IMG/VR virus record: IMGVR_UViG_3300037010_002844
Location: 62,001-126,000 of that record
Strand: one strand, 5' to 3'
DNA: 64,000 nt
Below, one piece after another: positions 35,682-45,069 of this stretch. The notes under the pieces are model-generated. The model was given only the letters and a program-made list of their open reading frames with translations. It had not been told where the DNA came from and did not search any database. A program made the translations under genes and the position numbers. Each line of letters begins with the position of its first letter. The stretch's first letter is position 1.

Positions 35682-36526
35682 GGGACGTTGATGACCGTCT
35701 GAAGCTGCGGTTGGTAGTATTCAGCGCCGCCCACGTGAACAAACATGTTGTTCGTAATCTGCAGATCTGCTTTCCCGTGGGTGTGACCCGCGAAGACCTC
35801 AAAGCGAACCTTCGGGTAGGCCTGCGCGGCCTGCCTCAACATGTCGCCCATCATCTTCGACGTGTACCAAGGCTGGTGCGCCGCGTCGCCCTTCTGCCCC
35901 TCGAAGATATGCGATTCCTCGAAAGGTGGGAAGTGCGTTGCCACCAGGATGACCGTGTGGTAGCGAGCAGCTGCCTTGATGCCGTTCATCACGTGGGTCA
36001 CCCCCTCGTGAGCCAACTTCCGCGAGACCGAGATGATCTTGCTATAGTTGGGTGAACGGCCGCCGTACATCGACGCTGCGCCCATCGCGCCCTCGCTGAC
36101 GAAGTCACCGATCCGGTGCCAGTCCATCATGATGAACCGCGAGTTTCGAGCATCGCCGTAGAGGGCATCGTACCATCCATCGTGGCCCACCAATGCCGTC
36201 GCCGGCGAGAGCGCCACGTAAGGCGTGGTCGGCAGGTATCGCAGAAACTGCGACATATTGCTGACATCCTTCATCTCCTTGCGGACTGTCTCGGTAGTGC
36301 CACCGTAGTAATCGTGATTGCCCAAAACGTAGTAAACCGGACGGCCGACGACCTTCTCCACGGCCGACAAGTGATACGTCAGATCACGAGCGATCGAGAT
36401 GTCACCCGTCAGGAGGACGGCGTCAGGATTGTCCTTGATCAGCGCCTGGCCAAAAGCCACAAGAGCCCCCGGTCTTTCAGCGATGAAATCAAGGTGAACG
36501 TCAGTGGCCCATGCAAGCTTCGGCAT
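35678..36526 (-). CDS. Calcineurin-like metallophosphoesterase (CpdA/Icc-like)
   Basis: TDVHL, LTGDI, GNHDYY, THFPP and AGHTH. Confidence 0.88.
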   Translation of the reverse strand: MPKLAWATDVHLDFIAERPGALVAFGQALIKDNPDAVLLTGDISIARDLTYHLSAVEKVVGRPVYYVLGNHDYYGGTTETVRKEMKDVSNMSQFLRYLPTTPYVALSPATALVGHDGWYDALYGDARNSRFIMMDWHRIGDFVSEGAMGAASMYGGRSPNYSKIISVSRKLAHEGVTHVMNGIKAAARYHTVILVATHFPPFEESHIFEGQKGDAAHQPWYTSKMMGDMLRQAAQAYPKVRFEVFAGHTHGKADLQITNNMFVHVGGAEYYQPQLQTVINVP

Positions 36527-36558
36527 GATCTTATTTTACTTCAAAGTGGGTTGTTGGA

Positions 36559-37104
36559 TCAGAGCTTGAAGCGACAGACATTGGCCACGTACTGTCGCAC
36601 GTCGTCGAACGTCTTTCCGTTCCCGTAACGTCTGCACAGGTGCGTCAGATACTGCGGGTACTTGCCGTTCTCCCACTTCTCCGCGTTCCAGGCGATGGCC
36701 CGATCAAGTTCCTCGAGGTCAGCCACGAGCAACAGCGAATAGTCAGCCGACTCGCAGACGTACTGCGCGACGGGGCCGGGGAGCAGTGCAAGCATCGACA
36801 GGTAGCAATCGCGGTAGTGCCGCGCATCGAACATGTAACACTCGTCGATGAATTGTTGGTCAGGGTCGCCAGTGTGCCCCGTCTTCAACCAACGTTCTGT
36901 GACGAGAGCTTGATCAGCCAACGTGCAGTAGATTCGAATGTCTGCGAACTTGACCTTGTGCTGGTAGACCATAATGGTCGACGTCCACGGTTGCGTCCCG
37001 TCAGTGTACCACGAGCCATTGCACCGCGGCACGGGATACCGCAGCGCGGCTCCGATGAACCGGGCCACATCGTTGAGGTTGGGTTCCTGCTTGTTCTTCA
37101 TCAC
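36559..37104 (-). CDS. Hypothetical protein
   Basis: 181-aa ORF coupled to the RNA ligase stop. Confidence 0.6.
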   Translation of the reverse strand: MMKNKQEPNLNDVARFIGAALRYPVPRCNGSWYTDGTQPWTSTIMVYQHKVKFADIRIYCTLADQALVTERWLKTGHTGDPDQQFIDECYMFDARHYRDCYLSMLALLPGPVAQYVCESADYSLLLVADLEELDRAIAWNAEKWENGKYPQYLTHLCRRYGNGKTFDDVRQYVANVCRFKL

Positions 37105-37988
37105 GTGTCGCTCCTGAACATGTGCTCCAGCGCACCTGGAATCAGGCCGTTCTGCAAGATGGGTCTGTCGTGCCAGTGTTCGTCTTGCCCCGCGATGTGG
37201 CTGACGAAGTCGTCACGCACGAACTTGTAGCGGCCCTTCACGATACCGTCCTTCTCCCACTTGACGTAGAGGCCCTCCATCGTGGGACCGACGTAGTACT
37301 TCTTTCGCAGCTCTTCACATCTGGCGATCCACTCGTCCTGCTGGAACACGTAGTGTCCCCTCTTACCCAGGACGTTACACACAACAACAGCATCGTACCA
37401 CGAAGACTCGCACGACAGCAACGAGTCGTTGTGACGTGACTTTCCCTCGCTCACAAACGCAGACGGGCCGATCATAGACTTCAGCTCTTCGACGCCCGAC
37501 ACAAGGCCAGTTGCGATCACCCGCACAGGCACGATCCTGACGGGTGCAGACGTGCGTCTCAGCAACTCGTCACGGGCGGGTGTCGACAGGAACGTGTCGG
37601 TCTCCCTGTCGAAGACGTCGAACTCCATGAAGTAGTGTGGTAGCCTGTCGTACCAGATCGTGTGACAGGCGAACATCCACTCACCGTACATCACGTAGCG
37701 TTCGCCAAGCATCTCGTACAAACCCATCTCATGTGTCGCTGCCCACTGTTTCAACAGTTCGAACTGCTTTTCACGGGGACCTCCATGAAGGTAGTGCCCA
37801 CGCGACTGTAGCTTCATCTCACCGTCGACGAAGGAAATGCCGACGTTAGCACCGTCGATCTTCTCCTCGATGAGGAGGTGTTTGCCGGCGAGCTCCTCCC
37901 ACGGGACGGCCTCGAGGTCGTCGTCCCCATGTTGGAACCGCGAACCACGAATGTGTCTTGTGCGCGGGAACTTTTTCATCTCGCTCAT
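37101..37988 (-). CDS. ATP-dependent RNA ligase family protein
   Basis: EEKIDGAN (motif I Lys), LQSRGH, MYGEW, EFDVFD, EGLYVK and RYKFVR. Confidence 0.85.
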   Translation of the reverse strand: MSEMKKFPRTRHIRGSRFQHGDDDLEAVPWEELAGKHLLIEEKIDGANVGISFVDGEMKLQSRGHYLHGGPREKQFELLKQWAATHEMGLYEMLGERYVMYGEWMFACHTIWYDRLPHYFMEFDVFDRETDTFLSTPARDELLRRTSAPVRIVPVRVIATGLVSGVEELKSMIGPSAFVSEGKSRHNDSLLSCESSWYDAVVVCNVLGKRGHYVFQQDEWIARCEELRKKYYVGPTMEGLYVKWEKDGIVKGRYKFVRDDFVSHIAGQDEHWHDRPILQNGLIPGALEHMFRSDT

Positions 37989-38269
37989 AGCTTCACCAGA
38001 TGTTTCTGTTCGTATCCGTAGCGCAGGCCGCTGGATTGCAAGCGAACGTCAACGAAGTCTTTCGCATCCTCATACGTAAAGTCACCGACGATGCCAAGAC
38101 ACTCGCCGAACTCATCTACGCGTGAGGTCGAGCAGGAAATGCAGCCCTCGTCGGGCAGCTCTGAATCGGCAGGACCTCGAAGTCCCTTGTGATTTCACGG
38201 AGTGCACTGCCCACGAAGAATCACCTTGAACTCCTCGGTCATCTTGACCTGGTCACCGCACTTCAACAT
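37985..38269 (-). pseudogene. 94-codon gene with one in-frame TGA (38195-38197)
   Basis: MLKCGDQVKM...CTP*NHKG...HLVKL*, with an ATGA overlap onto the RNA ligase start. Confidence 0.55.
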
Positions 38270-38295
38270 GTTACAATTCTATTCCACTGAATCGT

Positions 38296-38600
38296 GAAGT
38301 TACATACCCGCGCACTCTTTTGCCCAACGTAGTTCATCCTCGAGGAATGCCACGCGTTGAGCATCCTCAAACTGCCGGAGCTTCTGCCGATAGGCATTGC
38401 GTGTCGCCTCGGCATTTCGATAGCGAAAGCGATTCTTTGCCAGCCTCTCGGAGACGTCGATCGTCTGGACGTGGGTGATCTCGAACTCGTGGATCTCCGG
38501 CCAGGGTCCCTAGTCGTCACAGGTGCTCGCAGCCATTCCAAGGTGACGCTTGTATTCTTGCTCTGTCGTATAGAGCCAAGCGCGCTTGTGATCAGACATC
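38296..38600 (-). pseudogene. About 100-codon gene with one in-frame TAG
   Basis: MSDHKRAWLY...TCDD*GPWPEIHEFE...ECAGM*. Confidence 0.5.
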
Positions 38601-38727
38601 CACGCGAGGCCGCCACCCGACCAGGAACTGCGTGCTTCCTACACGTATTGTCCCTAGCAGAAGATCGCGAAGAGCCTCATCCTCGATTTCACTTGTAGGG
38701 ATCGTAGCCGCTGCCGTAGCACGTGGT

Positions 38728-39057
38728 CTACGAGCTACCGAGACCCAGGTCGACGCTGACCTGCAGTTGTGCATTACCCAACTGTCTGACCTCGAAAAAG
38801 AAAAAGTTCTTCTTGTCCCTGGCCGCACGTAGGACCCACTCACCGAGCGTTTCCTTGTCAGGGAAGGCAAAGTAGTGAATGTCAGGCACCGTCGACGATG
38901 AATCGCTATCGTGAGAATCGTAGGCCGGCATCCACTCCGTCCGGGTGTCGAACAGGACGGCAGCGAAATGCGGACCCTTGGGCTTCTTCTCAGGACGATC
39001 GACCATGAACTGCGTCCAGTCGTGGTAGTTGTAATCGTCCATGTACTTCTTCGGCAT
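38728..39057 (-). CDS. Hypothetical protein
   Basis: 109-aa ORF with GAGG upstream. Confidence 0.55.
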   Translation of the reverse strand: MPKKYMDDYNYHDWTQFMVDRPEKKPKGPHFAAVLFDTRTEWMPAYDSHDSDSSSTVPDIHYFAFPDKETLGEWVLRAARDKKNFFFFEVRQLGNAQLQVSVDLGLGSS

Positions 39058-39064
39058 GGCATCC

Positions 39065-39289
39065 TCAGCAGGGGTTGTCGCGGTAATGCTTCACAATGGT
39101 GAGGATCTCATCGACCTCATCGTCTCCGCAGTCCTTGTAGCTCTTCCCCTTCGTTGACTTGATGCGTTCCCAGAGGTGAGCATAAGAGTTACGCTTCGCG
39201 AGTCCGGGATGAAGCGGAAGCTTCCCGTCGAGGTGGGCTCCCGCCTCCTTCACGGCTTCCTGGATGCGCTTGCAGTTTTCAGGACTCAT
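39065..39289 (-). CDS. Hypothetical protein
   Basis: 74-aa ORF with RNSYAHLW..IK. Confidence 0.55.
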   Translation of the reverse strand: MSPENCKRIQEAVKEAGAHLDGKLPLHPGLAKRNSYAHLWERIKSTKGKSYKDCGDDEVDEILTIVKHYRDNPC

Positions 39290-39409
39290 CGATGTCGCCA
39301 GTCTTCAAGCGAAGCAAGTCGTTCTTCGAGATCTCGAACTTTTGCCGCCAACAATTTGGTGCAAGTTGATCCACAGTGACCGGCGCCGGTTTCGTGATCA
39401 GCGTGAAGG

Positions 39410-39670
39410 TTGTCAGTGTAGCGAGGAAACCCGCAAAATCAGTGAGAGTCGGAAAGGAAAGACTCAGTGGAACAAAGGCATGCGCGGTCTGACATACAAT
39501 TTTAGCGAAGAAGATCGACAGAAAGCACGTGAACAACGCATTACTTTCAGCAAGTTACGGCCCATGTTAGGAAAACGACACAGCGATAAAACTCGCGCAA
39601 AGATGCGAAAATCTCATCGCTGTTCGAAGTACGGTGAACCCAGCCACCAGAAGATGACCCGTAAATCCTC
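39410..39670 (+). pseudogene. NUMOD3-type DNA-binding repeat remnant of a lost homing endonuclease
   Basis: SEETRKISESRKGKTQWNKG and PMLGKRHSDKTRAKM, antisense to neighbouring genes, no nuclease domain. Confidence 0.55.
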
Positions 39671-40675
39671 CTAGAACGCACCTGGGGCTACTTGAAAACA
39701 GGTCAGGCCGATGCTGCGCCAGAAGTCGACGACCTGATTGCGATCATCGAGGACGAAGTCCACGTGGTACTTACCGGCCACGAACTTGTCGAACAGCTCC
39801 TGCTTGATGACGGCGTCCTTGCGCTGGTCGAGCTTTCCCGGATCGGGCGCAGTCTCGCCACGCATGTGCAGCTCGTACGGGATAGGCATGGTCGCAGATG
39901 TCTCCACCATGTCCTGCGTGAATGCTGGGTTGGCGACGCGGCAGTACTTCTCAATGAAGCGCTGCGTCTCGGGACGGTACTTCTGGTCGCGGCCCGACAT
40001 GAACATGATCTTGTAGCCCTGAGCGTGCATCGCCAGGACTGTTCGGATCACCGGCCAATTGGGCTTGTCGATCTCGTCGCAGTTCGACGCATCGTATGGC
40101 GTGCGGTTGCCGATGATGGCCAACGTCCCATCGAGGTCACACATGATCGCCTTCGGCAGGCTCTCGTCCTGGATGATGACTCGGAACGAGTCCGGCCGCG
40201 GTTCGTAGTAGCACTCCTTGTCGGAGAGCTTGCGCCCCTTGTCGAGGCCAGCGCCACGGGCCATGTCAAGGATGATCTTCTCACCCACATGAGCGAACCC
40301 GGTGCGCTGTGCATCGCGAGCGATGCAGGTCTTGACATCAACATTGACACCCTTCTCGATGACCTTGACGTCGCCATAGCTCGCAGCCGCAGCGTGCAGC
40401 TTCTTGACGGTCATCGGCACCAGGTGCGTGTCATCCAGGATGACATCGTAACCCGCGTCGAAGGCCTGACGCATCAGCGCTTCCTTCATTGAGCGAACAA
40501 GGTCCTCACGAGAGTTGTCACGAGCGTGTGGGTTGTTGCCAGGGCCCACGCACATGCCGCGCAAATCATCGCGGTTGATGCGCACCCAACGCTTGGGCTC
40601 GCGCTTCACCAGCGCCGCGGCTTCGGTCGACTTACCGGAACCCGGCAGGCCCTTGAAAATCACGAGAGTACGCAT
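39671..40675 (-). CDS. pseT: Polynucleotide 5'-kinase/3'-phosphatase (T4 PseT-like)
   Basis: GLPGSGKST, RINRDDLR, ILDDT, CDLDGTL (HAD DxD), FMSGR and LDDRNQVVDFWRSIGLTCFQV. Confidence 0.92.
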   Translation of the reverse strand: MRTLVIFKGLPGSGKSTEAAALVKREPKRWVRINRDDLRGMCVGPGNNPHARDNSREDLVRSMKEALMRQAFDAGYDVILDDTHLVPMTVKKLHAAAASYGDVKVIEKGVNVDVKTCIARDAQRTGFAHVGEKIILDMARGAGLDKGRKLSDKECYYEPRPDSFRVIIQDESLPKAIMCDLDGTLAIIGNRTPYDASNCDEIDKPNWPVIRTVLAMHAQGYKIMFMSGRDQKYRPETQRFIEKYCRVANPAFTQDMVETSATMPIPYELHMRGETAPDPGKLDQRKDAVIKQELFDKFVAGKYHVDFVLDDRNQVVDFWRSIGLTCFQVAPGAF

Positions 40676-40714
40676 ACCTTGACTCTATTCTCTGTGATGG
40701 TTGTTTTGCACAAC

Positions 40715-40746
40715 ATCAATGCGGGCCGTCTCTGACCCGCATTGAT
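40715..40746. terminator. Intergenic inverted repeat (11-bp stem, 10-nt loop), possible terminator or RNA hairpin
   Basis: ATCAATGCGGG ... CCCGCATTGAT between the nucleotidyltransferase and pseT; no clear U tract. Confidence 0.4.
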
Positions 40747-40761
40747 TCGCTGCGTTTGTTG

Positions 40762-41718
40762 TCAGCCGTGGAGCGTCAGGTACCGCTCCGTCATCGACAC
40801 CACGAATTTGTCGATGAGCTTACGGTCGGGCTCTCGACGCAGGGTTGAGGTCTCATAGAGCTCGTTGGCACGTTTCTCCAGTGCATCGGCACGCTCAATC
40901 AGGGCATCGTAGTCGTGCTCGCCCCGGCGATACGCCAGGATCTCTTCGCGGTCGCCACGTTCCTGACGGTCCACGTAGACCTTATGGTCTTCGAGGATTT
41001 CAACGGCCATGGTCTTGAGGCGAATCAGGTGCATGCCATGTTTCACGTCAAAACCCCACTTGGCCTCAAGCTCGGCACGAGCTGGGTTCCGAGTCTTGAG
41101 CCAGTTGACGTACTGGTCGTAGTGCGTCTTCGCAGCCTGATACTGCTTCTCCCGCGTGAACAGGGTCAGCACGTCCTTGGGCAGGTCCAGCTCAATCCCG
41201 TCGGCGACTGCCGCATCGTAGGCACCCAACTCCGACTTCGAGACCTTGCTCGTCTCGGAAAGTCCGAATGACTTCCTCGAAGGAGCTTCCTTGGGCGGGT
41301 TGAGCAACCACGAGCGATGCGTCTTGATGCGCTGCAGCTGGGCATGGGCATAGCCCGAGAAGGTGAACTTCGCCTTCTTGGACAAGAACTCGTCCTTGAT
41401 GCTGCGCAACTCTTCGCCGAACTCGTCGATCTTCAACACGTGCCTGTCGGCCACGTGGAGGATCTCGATGATGTTCGGGTTGCAGTCGGCAGCGAGCCTA
41501 GCAAACTTGTTGAGGGCATAGGTTACCGAGTCGACGCCGTCGCTCTTGGAACCCATGTGTTCCGCCTGCTCGAACGTCTTCATGAAGCCCAAGTAGTACT
41601 CCTTGGGAGCGATGGCAACGCCCTTGAAGTCCTCGTCAGAGGTGGCGACGTTCAGGCCATAGGCGTGAGAACCGTGCCGAACGTAGAGGATTGTGCGCTT
41701 TTTGACGTCAAAGTCCAT
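40762..41718 (-). CDS. Nucleotidyltransferase (Pol beta superfamily, T4 NrdC.11/YcgL-like)
   Basis: HGSHAYGLNVATSDEDFKG, NPNIIEIL, FSGYA and KHGMHLIRL. Confidence 0.85.
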   Translation of the reverse strand: MDFDVKKRTILYVRHGSHAYGLNVATSDEDFKGVAIAPKEYYLGFMKTFEQAEHMGSKSDGVDSVTYALNKFARLAADCNPNIIEILHVADRHVLKIDEFGEELRSIKDEFLSKKAKFTFSGYAHAQLQRIKTHRSWLLNPPKEAPSRKSFGLSETSKVSKSELGAYDAAVADGIELDLPKDVLTLFTREKQYQAAKTHYDQYVNWLKTRNPARAELEAKWGFDVKHGMHLIRLKTMAVEILEDHKVYVDRQERGDREEILAYRRGEHDYDALIERADALEKRANELYETSTLRREPDRKLIDKFVVSMTERYLTLHG

Positions 41719-41810
41719 GTCTTCACCTCCCGTAAGGGTACTTTCATCCTACCCCAACGAGTAACGATTGTGCACAGGCACTCGCGGGCCCGAAAGGCCT
41801 ACTTATAGTC

Positions 41811-42080
41811 ATGTCGAAATCCACCCTCGCGCTACTTCGTGAGTTCATCAGCGAAATCATGCTGAGCGAGGCGCCTGTCAACCTGCAGGTCCCCAAGGAC
41901 AAGAAGCAGGCCGACGCATTCATCGACATGTTGCTATGGGCAGGCGAGAAGATGCAGGCCACTCAGGAAGAGGTCGACACTGCCGTCGAAAAGGCCAAAG
42001 ACAAAAACGACTGGTCTGACGCGCTTGACTTGATCTCAACCTACTTTGTGATGAAGGGCATCAAGTTCAAGCGTCAGTGA
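41811..42080 (+). CDS. Small protein with an LLREFISE leader
   Basis: 89 aa; CTACTTA box upstream. Confidence 0.55.
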   Translation: MSKSTLALLREFISEIMLSEAPVNLQVPKDKKQADAFIDMLLWAGEKMQATQEEVDTAVEKAKDKNDWSDALDLISTYFVMKGIKFKRQ

Positions 42081-42528
42081 CTTCGACGCGAATGTTCTCG
42101 ACCTGCATCACCACCTCAGTGATAACGGGAGACGGGTCGCCGTAGTCAAGAAACTGCGGTGTGGCGTGCAGTGGCTTGACTGTCATGGTCCATACTTCAG
42201 TCGCGCTGCCGGCGGCATTGATGAACTTGAAGACGGCTTGGCGCGACTTCTTCTCTTGACACCACTCCTGAAACTGTGAGTAGATCGATTGCCCTTCGAT
42301 CTCGTAAAACTGCGCTGTCAAGAATGACTGGCGGTCTGCTGCGGCCCAAAGCATCGGCAGCTGAGCGCTCTTAACGAGGAACGTGTCCAGACCTTCGATT
42401 GCAAGGACCCATCGATTTCTGCGCTGCGGGCGAAACTTCTCATCCTCTGGCTTGACTTCGATGACTCGAGCCTGAGGTTTGGGTGACCAGAAGGTCCGCT
42501 TGAAAAATTCGAGAAATTGAGAGAGCAT
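42067..42528 (-). CDS. Tail-tube (T4 gp19)-like protein
   Basis: RNRWVLAIEGLDTFLVKSAQLP...EW...EVWTM..LDY pattern typical of tube-fold proteins. Confidence 0.5.
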   Translation of the reverse strand: MLSQFLEFFKRTFWSPKPQARVIEVKPEDEKFRPQRRNRWVLAIEGLDTFLVKSAQLPMLWAAADRQSFLTAQFYEIEGQSIYSQFQEWCQEKKSRQAVFKFINAAGSATEVWTMTVKPLHATPQFLDYGDPSPVITEVVMQVENIRVEVTDA

Positions 42529-42543
42529 GATAAACCGTATCAG

Positions 42544-42912
42544 TCAATAGCCATTTTCGATGCGCTCCACGTTGGTGCGACCCTTTTCGAGGTAAGCCTC
42601 GAACAGTTCATCCAATGTGATACCTGAGGCGATGACGAGCTCGAGGTAGAGATGCAGAGCATCGACTAGCTCTTCTTTGTATTCCTCGCGGTCCACGTGA
42701 GGAAGTTCAGTCGCCCGGTGTGACTTTGCATTCTTGAGATGCTGCCCGGCCTCAAACAGTTCCTCCATGATGTGATTGCGAATGTCCTTCAGGAACTTCT
42801 GCCCTTGCTTCGACGTAATGTCAGTCGGGAAGTCCGGGAAACCGCGCTTCTTCTGCAGGAGCCTCATGAACGACTCCTGTTGGTCCCAAAGCATCTGCAA
42901 ACGATCGGTCAT
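42544..42912 (-). CDS. All-alpha NTP pyrophosphatase (dimeric dUTPase/dCTPase, MazG-like)
   Basis: IMEELFEA...YKEELVDALHL ExxE/EExxD metal motifs, and AYLEK..N..R..NGY terminus. Confidence 0.8.
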   Translation of the reverse strand: MTDRLQMLWDQQESFMRLLQKKRGFPDFPTDITSKQGQKFLKDIRNHIMEELFEAGQHLKNAKSHRATELPHVDREEYKEELVDALHLYLELVIASGITLDELFEAYLEKGRTNVERIENGY

Positions 42913-43307
42913 CCGTACACCCTCACGCATTCGCGCATCGTGTTATCGTGTTATCGTGTTATCGTGGATCTCGAGCACCTTTGGGATGCTACCATCCTTC
43001 TCAGTCTGATAGCCGCCTGCGAGGTCCAGGCCACTGGAGTGCGACTTTTGGCTAGGTCATCGAAGACCATTGCGTCTCGGAGTCGCAACTGTTCCGTTGT
43101 CATCCACCCGCCATACGGGTCATTGATGTGTGGATCAGCGCCGGCCTGGAACAGGACGATGTCAGTGTAACTCATCCAGTCGAGGACGTCACTGAGCTCT
43201 CGGAAGAGATCATTGACCTGACTGTGATGCATGTAGCGTTGGCCGGCCGTGAAGTGTTGAATCCAAGAACCGGCGTTGAGGCGCTTGATGATCTCGGGAT
43301 CACTCAT
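42909..43307 (-). pseudogene. Histone deacetylase-family (HDAC/AcuC-like) C-terminal remnant
   Basis: DIVLFQAGADPHINDPYGG..TEQLRLRD, then W(N)LAGGYQ after a 1-nt deletion; N-terminal part absent. Confidence 0.75.
42937..42966. repeat. Tandem 8-mer repeat (TTATCGTG x3.75) inside the HDAC remnant
   Basis: atcgtg ttatcgtg ttatcgtg ttatcgtg. Removing two units restores IHDNTMRECVRVYG*. Confidence 0.85.
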
Positions 43308-43394
43308 CGGGTAGGTCATCCTCTCTGAACATCATGCACGGGAAGAGCATCACTCCGATGAACAGGATCTGCCACCAAGACAACTCTTCCACGA

Positions 43395-43643
43395 TCAACT
43401 CTTGAAGATGACGCTCGAACCCTGACGGGCCTGCTGATGCTCCTGCGCTTCCGCGAGCAACTTCTCGTGCATCTGCTTGATGGATGCCACGTAGGCGGGG
43501 GTCAAGGTCAACGTCTCGCCATCGCCGGCAGGTTCAACCTCGATCTGGCGCATCAGATCGACGACGTCAATGCCAAGGATCATGCCCTCCTGGACGATCT
43601 GGGCAATACGCGCGATAACGGTGTCATTCAGTTTGTGGCTCAT
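43395..43643 (-). CDS. Hypothetical protein
   Basis: MSHKLNDTVIARIAQIVQE..., TATGAT 7 nt upstream. Confidence 0.55.
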   Translation of the reverse strand: MSHKLNDTVIARIAQIVQEGMILGIDVVDLMRQIEVEPAGDGETLTLTPAYVASIKQMHEKLLAEAQEHQQARQGSSVIFKS

Positions 43644-43676
43644 GGTTCGTATCATACTCCTTCATCTGACGGGTGA

Positions 43677-44258
43677 TCAAAGAAGGCCGTGCTTCTTGAC
43701 CTGTTCAATGACTCGCTCATGAACATTGACGCGAGTGCCCTCACAAGACACTAGCACCGTGTCGGGATCATGCTTCCCGTGATCTGCGTAAAGGACTCGA
43801 ACACGAGCCTGGAGGGTGTCATCCTTCTCATAGACGTCATCCTTGCGATCGATGTGAGATCGACCGTGCAATACGATTGTCAGGTCGGGCTTACGGAGGC
43901 GTGAACACAGTTCACGGGTCCATTGGGGATTTGCCCCGCCTGCACAACCGTAGACGATGGCCGACAGCGCCCAACGATCGAGCACGACAAAGTCATTGTC
44001 GGCCTCGAGTTCGGGCAGCTGATAGGTTTGAAAGATTCGCTTGTTGATGTACTGCGTCCACTGAAAGAGATTGGGCATCGACTTGGCAATACCTTTTCTC
44101 AACATCCAGTAGATGGCCTTGTGCGTAAAGTTGTCGTTGAATGGTACTTCAACGAGAGTTGCGCGGTGACCATTGTGCTTCAAATATGCAGTCAACAGCT
44201 TTGACTGCGTCTCCTTGCCCACCTTGTCAGGGCCCTCAATGACGATCAACTTGGCCAT
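43677..44258 (-). CDS. tmk: Thymidylate kinase
   Basis: IEGPDKVGKETQ, LDRWALS..YG and PDLTIVL. Confidence 0.88.
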   Translation of the reverse strand: MAKLIVIEGPDKVGKETQSKLLTAYLKHNGHRATLVEVPFNDNFTHKAIYWMLRKGIAKSMPNLFQWTQYINKRIFQTYQLPELEADNDFVVLDRWALSAIVYGCAGGANPQWTRELCSRLRKPDLTIVLHGRSHIDRKDDVYEKDDTLQARVRVLYADHGKHDPDTVLVSCEGTRVNVHERVIEQVKKHGLL

Positions 44259-44266
44259 GTGTTTCC

Positions 44267-45031
44267 TCAGACGTACAGTGCGCGGAGATTGCCGTCAGGC
44301 ATCACCAGCTCGAACGCCTCGAGGCTGGCCTGAAATTGTCCGGTCATCTGGGCGAGCTTCAGCATCGCTTCCGCGATGTGCCGCACTTCGACCTGAGCGT
44401 GCTTCGAGTAGCGCAGCCTCAGGAAGTGGACGAAGCTTCGAAAGTTGAACATCACGTCAGCCGTGATCTGATTGCCGTAAGGTAGATAGAACCTCGCGGT
44501 CTCCTTGGCGCGCTTGCGTGGCACTCCCTTGGTCACGAGTCGCTCCAACGTTTCATGGTAGCGTTCCATCGCCTGTTCCATGTGATCGATGTAACGAGCA
44601 CGTTCTTCATCGTCCCAATCGAATGGCACGTAGTACTTGTCGTCCTTCAGCTCCTTATATCGAGCCGATTCTGCATTGACAGAAACGCCGATGCGGTGCT
44701 TGATCAGGTGGATGTGCGTGGCAATGTCAGTCGTCACCAGGAAGTGCAGAGACGACTTCTCGAAAGGCGTCTCGTGACCAGCAGAAGCGAGGTCCTTCAA
44801 CAACTTCGGAAGTCGGGCACGCTTCTCGTCGGTCAGATCCCGCGAGGTACTGGTCCAGGCTGACATGGCATGGCTCTGATCGCCACCGTAGATGCCGACC
44901 AGCTCGACGGTGTTGGGACCAGCGCCTTTGCCCTTGATCTTGATGGGCTCCGGAGGAGGCGAAGAAATAGTCGGCACCTCAACTTGGGGCTGAGAACCTT
45001 TGCTGGTTTTTGCGGATTTCTTCTGCTTCAT
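44267..45031 (-). CDS. thyX: FAD-dependent thymidylate synthase
   Basis: GHETPFE, HLIKHR, SVNAESARY, AKETARFYLP, NFRSFVHF..LR and AQVEVR. Confidence 0.92.
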   Translation of the reverse strand: MKQKKSAKTSKGSQPQVEVPTISSPPPEPIKIKGKGAGPNTVELVGIYGGDQSHAMSAWTSTSRDLTDEKRARLPKLLKDLASAGHETPFEKSSLHFLVTTDIATHIHLIKHRIGVSVNAESARYKELKDDKYYVPFDWDDEERARYIDHMEQAMERYHETLERLVTKGVPRKRAKETARFYLPYGNQITADVMFNFRSFVHFLRLRYSKHAQVEVRHIAEAMLKLAQMTGQFQASLEAFELVMPDGNLRALYV

Positions 45032-45069
45032 TCTGTGTCCTCTTTCTTGGCATCGATGATGGCCTCAGA

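Noticed and set aside
37985-38600. C-to-T deamination bias from hmC as the cause of the premature stops
   Set aside because: Some stops fit TGG/CGA origins but others (P*N, D*G) more likely arose by transversion; too few cases without ancestral sequences.
42937-42966. CRISPR-like repeat
   Set aside because: Contiguous 8-mers with no spacers, inside a pseudogene.
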